Assembly (NCBI GenBank): GCA_965223335.1
Contig: OZ244991.1
Span: forward strand, 288,001 to 352,000
Direction of reading: 5' to 3'
Length of the DNA stretch: 64,000 nt
DNA from: Thermodesulfobacteriota bacterium
Lineage (GTDB): Bacteria; Desulfobacterota_D; UBA1144; Nemesobacterales; UBA2774
The notes beneath the pieces were generated by a model that made no database searches, had not been told where the DNA came from, and was given only the letters and a program-made list of their open reading frames with translations. Positions 1 to 13,600 of this stretch are shown piece after piece. The first letter of the stretch is position 1. Each line of letters opens with the position of its first letter. The translations under genes and the position numbers were made by a program.

Positions 1-501
1 ATAGAAACTGAACATAAAGAACTTGATGCTATTCGAACAGCTAAGTTATTAAGTATTAGCAAAGAAAATAATACAGCAGGTCAGAATGATCCAATTGATA
101 TTAGAGTAGAATCAATCATTAAAGACGAAGTGAAAAAGTGGCACGATTCAGATCTTAAAGAATTACTCAACTTTGTATACCATCACACTGAACCCATGCA
201 AGATGTTCATCGGGGTGACATCTTAGATTTCTCAAGTATTAGTGAACCATATACACGAAAAACAAATCCGCTTTCTAAAAAGAAATTAGAAGAAATAAAA
301 ACCAAACTTCGGAAAACATCTAAAAAAGAACCTTCAAAAGCCAAACCATTATATCCATTGCCCAGACTTACCCAAGAATGGCAAATGAAAATTCAAAAAG
401 CTTTAGAATCTGAATTTGAAGATGAGCAAGAATTTAAGCTCAAAGATGCAAAATTAAATATTCCGATTGGAAAACTTAAAAATGCATTCGAAGAAGAATG
501 A
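1..501 (+). CDS. 5'-truncated ORF, candidate antitoxin (possibly Panacea/SocA-like)
   Basis: Frame is open from base 1 (IETEHKELD...), so the start lies outside the window. It contains LLNFVYHHTEPM...GDILDF, and its stop overlaps the ATG of the downstream MazF-like gene. The family call is tentative. Confidence 0.4.
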   Translation: METEHKELDAIRTAKLLSISKENNTAGQNDPIDIRVESIIKDEVKKWHDSDLKELLNFVYHHTEPMQDVHRGDILDFSSISEPYTRKTNPLSKKKLEEIKTKLRKTSKKEPSKAKPLYPLPRLTQEWQMKIQKALESEFEDEQEFKLKDAKLNIPIGKLKNAFEEE

Positions 502-1178
502 TTAGAGATTATTATTCCAAATCTAATAAATGGTATGATCACGATGAAAGATTAGAATTGAAAGTTGGACGTGTGGGATGGGCACCAATACTATTTACTC
601 CTGCAGAGACTGAATTAAAAAAACTAGAGTTTGACAAAAATGGTACGGTAATTGGCACCCAAGATGTTAATCGATCAAACTCATTTAACAACTCACATGA
701 TCCATTCGTAACACCATTCAGACTAGAAACAAATGAAGAAGTATTATGTATAAAAGCTAAAAAGAGACCTGTTTTATTATTAACACAGGCTGATCCCGGC
801 ATAAAAAAAATAATCTCTAACAGCAGACAACTAGATAGAGACTTAAGGTTAGGTAAAGTTTGGCTTATACTGCCGATCAGAAGTTACAAAGATGATCATT
901 TACAGGAATTAGTAGAGTCATTATACTTGCCTGTTTTCTTTCCTATGATTGGGAATAAAGCATGTCCTAAAAATCATGGCTATGTTAGGTTTGATAAAGT
1001 ACAACCCATTCATCAGACACTTATAGAGCCATCGCATTATACCATGTCTGAAGAGTGCCTAAACATTTTAAAAGAAGCTTATATTTCTTATACTACAAAT
1101 AAACAATACGGTGATACTTATCCATATTTACGAGATCTATTTATGGAATCTTTAAAAGAAGCTAAAATAATTATTTGA
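498..1178 (+). CDS. PemK/MazF-like toxin family protein
   Basis: KKRPVLLL, LPIRSY and GYVRFDKVQPI follow the PemK/MazF motif order. ATGA overlap with the upstream gene. Confidence 0.5.
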   Translation: MIRDYYSKSNKWYDHDERLELKVGRVGWAPILFTPAETELKKLEFDKNGTVIGTQDVNRSNSFNNSHDPFVTPFRLETNEEVLCIKAKKRPVLLLTQADPGIKKIISNSRQLDRDLRLGKVWLILPIRSYKDDHLQELVESLYLPVFFPMIGNKACPKNHGYVRFDKVQPIHQTLIEPSHYTMSEECLNILKEAYISYTTNKQYGDTYPYLRDLFMESLKEAKIII

Positions 1179-1215
1179 CTTCCCGACGTCGGGATGATTT
1201 AAATCTTTACATACA

Positions 1216-2277
1216 CTATTTCTCTACTAGCTTCAGTTTTGGTTCATTAAGCCATGACAATTTATTAACCGCTTTTGCTTTATGTTCATCACTTAGATGA
1301 CTGTATATCATAGTAGTAGTTATGCTTTGATGCCCTAACAATTCTTTCACTGTGGGAAGATCAACCCCATTCATAACGAGATGACTAGCAAATGTGTGTC
1401 TAAGAACATGTGGAGTTACATTCTTTAGCCCTGCCCTTTTGACAGCTTTAGAGAAACTATTCTTAAAGGACTTAATCATTTGACCGTTAGGGGCACAAAA
1501 GAAGTATTCTCTTTGATATTTTTTTCTGCGAGATGCTTTCCCTAATGGAGATATATAGTTGTCTCTTAAATAGAGTAGCGTTGTCTTCAATTCTTCATTC
1601 ATAGAGATTGTATAGTAATTGTTGCCTTTAGTATTCATAACCACTAAGACTGATCTATCGAAATCGGCATACTCTAATTTAAGTTCTCTTAGCTGTTTAG
1701 ATCTTAATCCTGTATTACGAAGGACTAATAGTATGTATTTCATCCACAAGGTAGCAGAATCAAGTAAATGATTTATCTCTATATTGGTAAGATAGCGCGG
1801 GGGTTTTCTGAACTCCTTTAGTTTCTTGATAGTCGGCAGAGCATTTATATAGTGCCAGTCTATATCTTTCTTAAGCATTACAGACAGGCAGGTTAGTTCT
1901 ATATTGATAGTTCTATTTTTGCGCCCTTCCCTTTGCCGTTTGGACTTATAATCTTCTATCTCTTTATTATCTATTTGTTGAAGCTGTAAGTCTCCAAAGT
2001 GATTAGACAAGGCTACTAGGCTAGTAATATCCCTTTCCCATGAAGCTTGAGCTTTATTTGCTTTGGAGTAATTTAGGTATTCCTGCGAGAACTCACTAAA
2101 TGTTATCGTCTTTGGTTCTATAACTCCTTTTGCATTATATTCGTAATCTAATTCCAGTTTTCTTAAATACTGTTTTGCATCCTTATATGAAACTCTACCG
2201 ATCCTTTTCCATTTGGTCTTACCATTAACATAAATTAACGCATAATAGGTCTTACCTTTCTTGGTTAATCCGGCCAT
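1216..2277 (-). CDS. Tyrosine recombinase/phage-type integrase
   Basis: TGLR, HVLRH, LGH and IYSH catalytic motifs, with an N-terminal arm-binding-like region and a SAM-like domain. Confidence 0.95.
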   Translation of the reverse strand: MAGLTKKGKTYYALIYVNGKTKWKRIGRVSYKDAKQYLRKLELDYEYNAKGVIEPKTITFSEFSQEYLNYSKANKAQASWERDITSLVALSNHFGDLQLQQIDNKEIEDYKSKRQREGRKNRTINIELTCLSVMLKKDIDWHYINALPTIKKLKEFRKPPRYLTNIEINHLLDSATLWMKYILLVLRNTGLRSKQLRELKLEYADFDRSVLVVMNTKGNNYYTISMNEELKTTLLYLRDNYISPLGKASRRKKYQREYFFCAPNGQMIKSFKNSFSKAVKRAGLKNVTPHVLRHTFASHLVMNGVDLPTVKELLGHQSITTTMIYSHLSDEHKAKAVNKLSWLNEPKLKLVEK

Positions 2278-2451
2278 AATTAGCTCCTTTTTCGCTTAGC
2301 CGGAAGGGTTGTTGCAATTACAACTAGAAATTCACTAGAAAAACTCTAGAAATCTGACTTTTTAGGTGTGCTGAATGGACTTGACCTTAACTCTGAGAGT
2401 AAAATAAATCTTTAAGCAAATTGTCCTAAACAATCACATGATTTCAACAAC

Positions 2452-2480
2452 TTGCGAGTGTGATAAGGTTAAGGTAAAAT
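2452..2480 (+). promoter_or_regulatory. Candidate sigma70 promoter of tRNA-Arg
   Basis: TTGCGA-17 bp-TAAAAT, ending 30 bp upstream of the tRNA. Confidence 0.4.
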
Positions 2481-2510
2481 CGTACTAATTAAAAGCTCCA
2501 ACCCAAAAAA

Positions 2511-2587
2511 GTCCCCGTAGCTCAGCAGGATAGAGCACAGGATTCCTAATCCTGGGGTCAGAGGTTCGAATCCTCTCGGGGACGCCA
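2511..2587 (+). tRNA. tRNA-Arg(CCT)
   Basis: Cloverleaf with acceptor GTCCCCG/CGGGGAC, anticodon arm CAGGA-TTCCTAA-TCCTG, T-loop GGTTCGAATCC and encoded CCA. Confidence 0.97.
2549..2585 (+). repeat. attL core (tRNA 3' half)
   Basis: ATCCTGGGGTCAGAGGTTCGAATCCTCTCGGGGACGC. Confidence 0.85.
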
Positions 2588-2611
2588 ATATTTTCAATGA
2601 GTTACTTCACA

Positions 2612-3691
2612 TCATTGTCCCTTAATCATTTCAATGTCAGTGGATTTGTCAGTTAATGATTTGGAGTTGTACTGATCTAGATATTCAACTGCATCAAATA
2701 ATGAACTTTCCGGATGACTGTATCTCATAGTCATTTTTAAATCACTGTGTCCAAGAATCCTACTCACAGCTACAATAGATGCCCCAGCTTCAATCATTCT
2801 AGTGGCTGCAGTATGTCTTAAATCGTGGAACCTTAAACCTTCTATTCTTGCTTTTTGACATGCTCTCCCGAATGCTCCCTTGATTGAATCATGATATTTA
2901 TATGGCAATCCATTACAGGATAAGAACACATATTTACTCCCTCCACCTTTAAGCTTTTGCTCTAACAGGACTGATCTTAATCTTGAATTAATAGGTATCC
3001 GTCTTGTTTTCTTACTCTTCGTATTTGTTTGATCAATAGTAATGACATTGTTCTCAATGTCTATATTGGACCATTTCAAAGTGAGTATCTCTGATTTCCT
3101 CATCCCAGTTTGAAGTGCTGTTAGTAAAATGGGTTTTAAATATTGGTTAGAAGATAAAAGCAATCTAATTTCTTCATCAATTGAAAGAATTCTTTCTTTA
3201 ATATTATTCTCCTGTAACAAGCCTGATATGGTTACTGGATACTCACCGTAATACTTTTTCCACCTCTTAGCAAGATTGTAAATCTGTCTCAATGTAGATA
3301 GTTCACGGTTTACTGTTGCGGGTTTAACTTCTTTTAAGCGAAGTTCCTTAAAATCATCGATGTCCTTTGGTGTTATAGATGATAGTTTTCTTTCACCATA
3401 CATCTCTAATAACTTGTACATGCTATATCGATACCTATCCCATGATCTTCTCTGCAAAATATCTTTTACATATTTTATGTATTCATCACTAAAGTCCTTT
3501 AATTTGGGGATATTAGCTTCCAACATATCGTATTGGCCAAGTTTGACTCCACGTTCTTTGTCTAGGAGGATTGATCGGGCCATGGATTTAGTCATCATTC
3601 CCTTTTTACCTATCGATTCTCGGCGCATTTTGCCATTGATATTACGATACTCGATAACCCATGAATTACCCCTCAGGAACACACTACCCAT
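2612..3691 (-). CDS. Tyrosine integrase of the tRNA-Arg island
   Basis: TGMRKSEI, FHDLRH, LGH and MRYSH motifs; adjacent to attL. Confidence 0.95.
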   Translation of the reverse strand: MGSVFLRGNSWVIEYRNINGKMRRESIGKKGMMTKSMARSILLDKERGVKLGQYDMLEANIPKLKDFSDEYIKYVKDILQRRSWDRYRYSMYKLLEMYGERKLSSITPKDIDDFKELRLKEVKPATVNRELSTLRQIYNLAKRWKKYYGEYPVTISGLLQENNIKERILSIDEEIRLLLSSNQYLKPILLTALQTGMRKSEILTLKWSNIDIENNVITIDQTNTKSKKTRRIPINSRLRSVLLEQKLKGGGSKYVFLSCNGLPYKYHDSIKGAFGRACQKARIEGLRFHDLRHTAATRMIEAGASIVAVSRILGHSDLKMTMRYSHPESSLFDAVEYLDQYNSKSLTDKSTDIEMIKGQ

Positions 3692-3895
3692 TTATTTAGA
3701 CCTCCTTTTTTTAGATTCAGGCAACGAAGGTTCTATAATCTCGTACCCCTCCCGCTTCATCACTTCACGAATCCAACCTCTGACTACCTCAGAGGCTGTC
3801 ATCATATTATTCTCCGCATACTTTGCTAGGAATTCATATTCTGTAGGATGAAGCCAAACTTGAAAGATCTTATTTCGAAATCGTTTCTCAGCCAC
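3692..3895 (-). CDS. Small ribbon-helix-helix-like DNA-binding protein (possible regulator or directionality factor)
   Basis: Likely GTG start at 3895 (67 aa). KIFQVWLHPTEYEFLAKYAE...SEVVRGWI fits a beta-alpha-alpha pattern. Its stop abuts the integrase ATG. Confidence 0.55.
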   Translation of the reverse strand: MAEKRFRNKIFQVWLHPTEYEFLAKYAENNMMTASEVVRGWIREVMKREGYEIIEPSLPESKKRRSK

Positions 3896-4628
3896 TGTAA
3901 TGATAATATACTTACAAATATGTTTTGTCAATATGATATTGTTGTAATATTTAAGTATTTGTCGCCTTCCTAAATACAGACATCTTTTCAAAAAATATAC
4001 ATAGCTCTAGTTTGAGTTTATTGAGTTGGAATTACACAATAATTCAGAAATTTCTTCTACCACCAGAAATCGCCAAATAGTTACGCAGGATTAATTAGGA
4101 TTAATTGCTAGTAAGCACTGTTAATAACATAATATTGTATGTCTATATACACTAAATTAATAGTTCTTGACATACATAATCTTATTTGCTATTTTCGATT
4201 TAGAGCAAAGGGCAATAGTTGGTTTTGATTTCTGATTGATTTTTGATGGGTAAATCGTGTTAGAGGATGGGGTATCTTTCTAACCGTTAATTCTGAGTCG
4301 ATTATACAAACAGTTATATTCTGATCTACTTACTCAACCTACTCATTCCTACAGTTTTCAAACTATAATACACCTCTCTTACTGCCGGTTTACTGATCTA
4401 TACTGGAGGCAGTAATATGTTGCAGTACATTTTGTACCCCTCAGCTCTGTTGAGATCAACATTGTCTCTACCAGTTGATTCAATTAAGAATCTTCAACTC
4501 ACCTTCACTAAAACCAAGTTAATTAGTGTTCTGCATATTCATAATCCATTTTCTACAAACTTTATAAATCCAATAAACAATGTTTTAGATCAGCAAACTA
4601 TCTGCTATTACCTGGAGGGGAATGAAAA

Positions 4629-7600
4629 ATGAACTATCAAAATACTAGGTCAATAATCACACTACTGTGTCTATTTTTCATGGTAATGATGATACCCCGA
4701 TATGCGTTTGCAATTGGTGAGAACTACGATGAGTGGGGGTTTAAGAAGAACAAAACTTATATGCAGTTCTCTCCAGAGGAATATGTCAACCTGTTCTCGG
4801 GCAACTTAGTTTTAACACATACCGATGTTGTACTCCCAGGCAATGGCGGATTGGATCTAAAGATTCAAAGAACTTACAACAGCAAGATTTTCTCGGAATT
4901 GACTAACGTAGGTTTCACAATCTCCGGATCAGTATTTGGGAATTTGGGAGTAGGTTGGGAGATGCATTTCGGTCGCATCAACACATTAGGTTCAATTTTA
5001 CAAATCCAACATCCTATTTTAGTTGAGATGCCAGATGGATCCATTAAAACAGCCTTCACGAATGATCAGTCAAATATTAGTTCGAACATCGCCAGTAGTT
5101 ATGTAACAGAAGACTTCTGGTTCATTGATGGTTTCGATCACAACTCTGATCAGGTAATTGACGAGTATGTGATGAAATTGCCCGATGGCACAACATATAC
5201 ATTTGATCATAGAGTATCTAACTCACTAACATACAATAATTATTATGTGACATCCATTGATGATACAAATGGAAATACTATCACATTTGAATACTATGAC
5301 TGTTGTGGTTTTACAACAACTCCAGATACAGGAACCATAGGTTCATGTTCTCCCCATGGCCCAAATGATACTACATCCCGCCATCTTAAAAAAATTACGG
5401 ACAGTGTCGGTCGAGAAATACATTTCACGATGGATAATGCTACATGTCATGAAAATGCTATAAAGACTATTGATGTTTTTGGGGACATATATACCTACAA
5501 CTATTCTACAGTACTGGGTGTACCAGGAGGGGATAATCATGATGGCGGATCGGGGAAACTATTACTCGGAGTAGATCCCCCTGTCGGGCCGAGTTGGGAT
5601 TATGATTATTTAGCGCAACCACTTGACGGACATCCCGATGGCGAGTTAATCCAGATTACACATCCTTCGGGTGGTACCATAGACTATACATACGAAACAT
5701 TTGATCTAGAACTTTATGACCAATCAGGTAGTGGGAATACGGGTAATTTTAAATTCCGCGCTCTAACTTCACGTACAACATCTGGTCCTAATATAACAAA
5801 TCCAGGCACATGGACTTTTGATTACCATCCTACAGAAACCACCGATAAAACAACTGTTACTGATGCATGTGGGAACAAAGAGGTATACAACTTTTTCGGT
5901 CTTAGAACTGGTTCGTTTGGTGGTCTATGGAAAATCGGATTACTCGATTATAAACAAACGTTAGATGCTGCAGATAATCCAGTAGAGACAACCACTAATG
6001 TATGGAATTCTTATCAGATCTCGAATGAGGGGCAAGACAATATATCGTCGCCGTCTATAAACGGAACATATTTACCCCTACTTATTTCACAGGATATATC
6101 ACGGGATGGCAAAAATTATAGTACTACATTTACATATAATGAATTTTACGACTCCCCCACACAGATAATGGAAACAGGGGAGTTCACAAGAACTACTGAT
6201 ATTACATATTTTGAAAATTTAAGCTCAAACATTTTCGGCAAACCCGCCAGCACAACTGTTAATCAGAGTGGTGAATCGAAAGTAATAACCAACTCCTACG
6301 ACCCTGCAGGCAACCTAACGATGGAAAACCAATACGGTGTAATCACAGAGTATGGGTATTTCCCCGATGGCAATCTAAACTGGGAAAAGAACGCCAGGAA
6401 CTTCTATACCGTCTTTGATCTATATGATAATGGCCTTGCTACTGTCTTGAAATATGGCGCGACAGACAATGCAGGCGGATCAGCTATTTACACAGAAAAT
6501 AGGTCTATTAACTGGGAAGGAACTATAGCAAGCCATACAGATGGTAAAGGCAATACCACTTCATTCACATATGATGGGATCAATAGACTCACCCAAATTA
6601 CTCCACCACCAAGCGGCGAGGCTGTGACCGATATTGTATATGATGATACGAATGGACGATTTGATACTGTATCAAAAGGTAATTCGTCTCTACACACCAC
6701 GTATGATGGATTCGGCAGAAAAATAGGTACGCAAACTGCCGCGGGCGTACAAACGGAAATTCAATACGACGTATGCGGTAGAAAATCATACGAATCATTA
6801 CCCTACGATACCAACACACCAAACACCGGCAACAGCTACACATACGATGCACTCGACAGACTCAAGTCTATAACGCGACCCGATAGCACAGTTGTAAGCT
6901 ATACGTATTCAAGCGATGCTGACGGCAGCAAAATCACAGTCAACAACGAAAACAACCAAAACACGACTATGCATTATAAGGCATTCGGCGATCCGGATGA
7001 TAAGAGATTAGTTAAAGTCACAGATGCACTCACCAATGCTACAGGATACACATACGATCTATTAGGGAATATTGTGCAGGTAGGCTCACCTAATGGCACC
7101 TCACGGTCTTACTCGTACAATGATAAAAACTTCTTAGTGTCCGAGACTCATCCCGAGAGCGGAACAACTTCTTATTCACATGACGAGATTGGAAATGTGA
7201 CTTCAAAGATGAACGCGAAGTCAGAAACGACTAGCTACGCCTATGACCCTGTCAACAGACTTACCAACGTCAATAACCCGGGAGCTGAACCCGATGTTGA
7301 TTATGGATATGACTTTGCTAATAACAGAACATCGATGGTAGGGATACACCCCAACGTAGAACAGACTTATAACTACACGTATACATACGATGCCTCCAAT
7401 AGGCTTACGAACCAGGACGTTACCGTAGGCAGCGATGTCAGCTATAGCGTGGACTATGCATATGACGTTAAAAACAATGTTACAAGCATTATTTATCCAT
7501 CCGGTGAAACGGTCAATTACGACTATGACGCTCAAAATAGAATACTCAATATCTTAGATGGGACTAGTAACAACATATCTACCAATTTTAATTACATCGC

Positions 7601-10600
7601 ATCCGGTGCACCAACCCATTTCGAAAGTGTCTATGGTGTAGATTCAGACTTTACCTACGACACGAGACAGCGTCTTAAAACACTCCAGATCTCGAGAGTA
7701 TTCCCTTATCTCTTGATTATAAAAGAGGGTCTGGGTGACGGTACTGTTATCGGGACCGATAGTAGCTCAACTCAGGTTATCAATTGCGGTGATGTTTGTG
7801 CGATACAATCGCCGGCAGAAGGTGTTGAAATAACACTTACGCAAACTCCCGACACAGGCTCCAATTTTGTAGGATGGAGTGGGGATCCCGATTGTACTGA
7901 TGATATAGGTGATCCTATGATTACTATGCAGGGCACAAAAGTATGTATAGCTACATACGGAGATACCCCGGTACAAGTAGAACTCACAGTAACAAAAGAT
8001 GGGACAGGAACTGGTACGGTAACAAGTACTCCAGCTGGGATTGATTGCGGTGCTGACTGCTCAGAATTTTACAACGCAAATACAGAAGTCACATTATCCG
8101 CCAACCCTGCGGCAGGCGACGTATTCGCCGGCTGGAGTGGTGGAGCCGGTGACTGCGACGACGGTACAGTCACTATGGACGTTGCTAAAACATGTAACGC
8201 CACATTCAATACTGCTCCCCCGGGCGGTGGGCAATCCACACTTATGATAAATGCGAATGGCGGGGATGGTACTGGTACGGTCACCAGCAACCCTGCGGGC
8301 ATAGACTGTGGTGCGACATGTTCAAATGCATTCGATAACGGTACCGTAGTTGCGCTAATTGCCACCCCGGATACGGGGTCTTCGTTTATTGGCTGGACAG
8401 GGGATGCTGATTGTTCTGATGGACGAATAACTATTGATGCTAATAAATCTTGTACAGCCGAGTTTGATGACACAGCTCCTAATCAATACACATTAAATAT
8501 CGGTGTAACTGGAAGCGGGTCTATATCCAGCAGCCCAGCAGGTATTGATTGTGGTGCAGATTGCACTGAAAGCTTTGTAGAAAATACGGAAGTAGTGCTG
8601 TCTGCCGCTGCAGACACAGGATATACGTTTACAGGGTGGAGTGGTGACCCTGACTGTGCAGATGGTGTCGTATCTATGATTGCCGATAAAACGTGCGATG
8701 CCACATTTATAGCGTCTACGGGTATGACGTTCTCCTTAAGTGTGTTAATTGATCCTGCAGGCACAGGACTTGGTGATGTAGTAAGTAGCCCTGCAGGTAT
8801 AGACTGCGGTCCTAATTGTTCTGCGGATTTTGACGAGAATCAGAGTGTAATTCTAACACCTCTACCCAGTTTGGGTTCTACCTTCACTGGCTGGAGTGGT
8901 GACCCGGATTGTACTGACGACGGTGTAGGTGGTGTCGCTATTGTTAGCATGAATGCTGTTAAGAGCTGTACTGCTACATTCGATGTGTCTACTTTAGTTC
9001 AGCATCAGGTTTCTGTAACTAAAAGTGGTATGGGCTCAGGGTTAATTATCAGCAATCCATCCGGCATAGATTGCAGGGATGTTTGTGATGCTAACTTTGA
9101 TGAGAACTCCATTGTTACTCTAAGTGCTGTACCCGACCTCGGTTCCACATTTGTAGGATGGAGTGGTGATTGTGCCGGAACAGATGAAGATGTGTCGTTA
9201 ACCATATCTAATGCTGTAAATTGCAATGCGGATTTTGATGCTCTACCTATATATACATTCTCAATCGTAACATCCGGGACAGGTACGGGGACTGTAAAGT
9301 CAGAAAAACTTGGTATTGATTGCGGGACTGATTGCTCCGAGGATTACTATCAGGGCACTGAAGTCACGCTGATACCAACCCCTGATCCGGGCTCTATATT
9401 CATTGGTTGGAAGGGTGACAACGACTGCTTCGACGGGATTGTTACGATAACCAAACCAAATGCATGCGAAGCTATATTTGACTTGGTAGAAGTAGGTCAA
9501 TATGTGCTAACAATTAATAAGATCGGTGGTGGTGACGGAATAGTCACAAGTGACCCTGTAGGCTTAGAATGCGGGAACTATTGCCAGAAGAACTTTGATG
9601 AAAACACAGTAATTACTTTGACTGCAACTGCTGATGAATTATCAGAATTTGTTGAATGGGGTGCAGACTGCCCTGGTGGTGTAGTCACTCTCGATGCCGA
9701 TAAGACATGCGATGTCGGGTTTAAGGGAACAACATTTGCACAATTCCAAACCCTGGTACCATCAAATGTCCTGGATCAAACATTTGGAGCAGATATATCG
9801 ATAGATGGTGATACAGCAGTTATAGGAGCATTAGGTCATCCTTCTGGCGAAGTGATTGCGAAGGGTATAGCATTTGTTTTTGAGCGTGATAACAGTGGTA
9901 TTTGGAATGAAGTACAAATACTGGATCCTCGACTACCTGGAGAGGAATTATACTCTGGAGGTGGGTACAAGAGAGACTTTGGATCTAGCATATCACTTAG
10001 AGATGATGTTTTAGTTGTAGGATCACCGAGAGAATACAATGCAAGTACTAACTCAGATGGTGCAGCGTATATATACAGAAAAAACATGTTAGGTGTATGG
10101 GAACAAGCTCAGAAGTTAACCCCTACCGATGCTCTGGGTTTCGGCACTAAAGTACAAGTCCTTGGTGATAATATGGTGATTGGTTCATCTCGTGATGACG
10201 GGAGTAGAGGTGCTGTTTACGCATATAGGAAACAACCTTCTGGAACGTGGGTATTTTCTAAGAAACTATCACCTAGCGAGCTTGAACCCAACGAAGAATT
10301 TGGCAGTGATCTGGTTATGGATGGTGATTATCTCTTTGTTGCTAATCCAAACGATACGGGGTCCAACTATCAAGGTTCTGTTTATGTTTATAAATATGTT
10401 CCTGGGTTCGGTTGGGTTGAAAAGCAAGTACTGACATCTACTACTGAGAATGCACAAAACAGTTTTGGCACTTCTATTGAACTCAAAGACGATGTAGCAT
10501 ACATAGGCACTTACACAAACCAAAGTACAACATTTATGGATATTTACAGGCTCAATGGAGATAATGTTTGGACATATATAGAAAGGTATCCGATAGATGG

Positions 10601-13600
10601 TAATTATGTCTACACACCTGATTTTACAATTAGTGGTGATATTGCAGTATCAAATCGCGGGATTTTTGAATTTAATGTGTACAAGATATTACCGAATAAC
10701 GAGCTAAGACCAATCCAAGTAATTGATCCCCTTCCTAATATTGGTAAAACCCCCTTAGGTACAGATTTTCAAAACGATACATTGTTTGTTTCTTCTGATT
10801 ACATTGCCAATAGCGTATTGGTCTATACAATCACAGATTACCTTGCTCCTACGATTAACGTTGTAAGTATTGATCCTCCTCCAAACCAATACGGTGTTTT
10901 TGGCCCTGAAGATATAGCTGGCCATTCTAATATCACTGTTACATTTGAGTGTATCGATAACAGCGGTACTGGTATAGACACATGTACTAATACTCAAAGT
11001 GTGCCGACTTCTGATGGTGTACACCAGGTTGTGGGCACGGCTACTGACAATGATGGAAACACATCTATCACAGTATTAACTATAGTTGTCGATACACAAG
11101 AACCTATTATTGAATACCTCAATTCCGAGATTGATGACAGTACAAATCCACCTAGGATTGGTATAGATTCGGGCGATAATGACGATATATCTGGATCAAA
11201 TGATGATACCTGGAACATAGATGTAGATGGCAATCAATCCACTGGTAATTGTTCACGAGAACCATCAACTAACACTTCCCTATGCAATGGTCCACCAACT
11301 GACTATGGAATTGGTCAGGCTTTGAACCTAAACCTCCCCACTGTGGAAGAGCTGACACAGTTTAGAAACCTACACTCTACAATACAAAGGGTTGTGCGTA
11401 TTGAGGTCGAAGATTTTGCTGGCAATAGGGCGTCAAGAGAGTTCTTAGTAGACTTCCCAAACCCCGATGCTCCTAACCCGCAAACACTCACGGTTACAAC
11501 ATCAGGTAACGGCATCGTAACCAGCTTCCCCACAGGCATCGACTGCGGTGCGGACTGTACTGAGGACTATGGTGAAGGTACGGTAGTCACCCTCACAGCT
11601 ACGCCTGATCCAGGCTGGACGTTTACAGCTTGGAGCGGTGATGCCGACTGTACAGACGGCGAAGTCACCATGGATATGGCAAAGAGCTGTACAGCCACAT
11701 TTGATATGTCCAGTGGCACACAGCATACCCTCACAGTCACCAAATCCGGTACAGGGACGGGTACTATAACCAGCAGTCCTGCAGGTATAGACTGCGGCGC
11801 AGACTGTATAGAAGATTACGATGAGAATACCGTTGTAACCCTCACTCCTACTCCAGATGCTGGATCAACCTTCACAGGCTGGTCAGGCGATCCCGATTGT
11901 TCTGACGGTAGTGTAACTATGGACACTGCCAAGACCTGTACGGCTACCTTTGATCTTTCAACACCAACCCTACACACCTTAAATGTTACAAAGACAGGTA
12001 CGGGCACAGGAACCGTTACGAGTACCCCAACGGGTATAGACTGCGGTGCTGATTGTACCGAGGACTTTAATGAGGATACGTCTGTAACACTTATCCCGAC
12101 CCCCGACACAGGGTCCTCGTTTGTGGGTTGGACCGGTGATCCCGATTGCTCCGACGGTGTTGTTACCGTAGATGCTGCCAAGACGTGTACTGCTACCTTT
12201 GATACAGCAGCTACTCAACACACCTTAACCATAACTAAAGCAGGGGCTGGTACTGGCACAGTGATGAATGTAGGTGGCGGCATCAACTGCGGAACTACGT
12301 GTAATTTCAACTTCAATGATGGCACCTCTGTGATCCTCACCGCCACAGCAGACCCCGGATCTGCATTCGTTAGCTGGTCTGGAGACGCAGACTGTGATGA
12401 CGGTATTGTTAGCATGGACACAGCAAAGACATGCACAGCTACGTTTGAAGCCGAAGCGATTGTACCTATTTTACTAGAGGGATCACCAGGTACAGCTGGT
12501 TCAGTCAGTACGTTCGTAATCACCGGGGCTACGCCCAATAGTCAAATTGAGCTCAGGTATGGAACATCTCAAGGCTCTTCATCCGCAATGTGTACTTCAG
12601 GGTCTACGACTTATGACATCGCTGGGGCAAGCCTTATTGGTAACGCTGTTGCAGATTCATTCGGTAATGCTTCTATTGATGTATCTATCCCATCCAACTT
12701 TGTGGGTGTGTCCTTATTCATGCAAGCATTGGATAAGACCGCTTGTGCTACCACAAACCTCCTTACTCAGACATTTGATGTGCCAGGAGCAGTAGTTTAT
12801 CCCATATTGGTTTCCAAAGATGGCACAGGGGATGGGACTGTAACAACGGATCCCCAGGGTCTAAACTGCGGTGTACAATGTGCAGAGGTATATGCAGAGA
12901 ATGATTTGGTAACTCTGATAGCCACTCCTGCAAATGGGTCTGTATTCAGTGGATGGAGTGGAGCCGCAGACGACTGCTTTGACGGTATCGTTACAATGGA
13001 TATGGCCAAGAACTGTATTGCTACATTCGATATAGCAAGTAGCACACAGCATACCCTCACAGTATCTAAAGGCGGTACAGGGACGGGTACTGTAACCAGC
13101 AGCCCAGCAGGTATAAGCTGTGGCACTGATTGCACCGAGGATTACAATGAGAATACTGTCGTAACCCTGACACCTTCACCAGATTCAGGCTCGACATTTG
13201 TAGGCTGGACTGGAGATGCTGACTGTAGTGATGGCAATGTAACAATGAACGCTGCTAAGACCTGCACGGCTACGTTTGATACATCCACACCCAACCAACA
13301 CACACTCACAGTCTCTAAGGCCGGTACAGGTACGGGTACAGTCACAAGCAGCCCCACGGGTATAAGCTGCGGTGCGGACTGCACTGAGGATTACAACGAG
13401 AACACAGCTGTAACACTCACTCCTACACCAGACGCAGGATCAACCTTCACAGGCTGGTCAGGCGATGCAGACTGCTCTGACGGTAGTGTAACAATGGATG
13501 CGGCTAAAACTTGCACGGCTACGTTTGATACCTCATCATCCACCCAATACACACTCACAGTCTCTAAAGCCGGTACAGGTACGGGGACTGTAACCAGTAG

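Noticed and set aside
4417..4632. 71-aa ORF overlapping the Rhs start
   Set aside because: No recognisable motifs; likely leader sequence, though it cannot be fully excluded.
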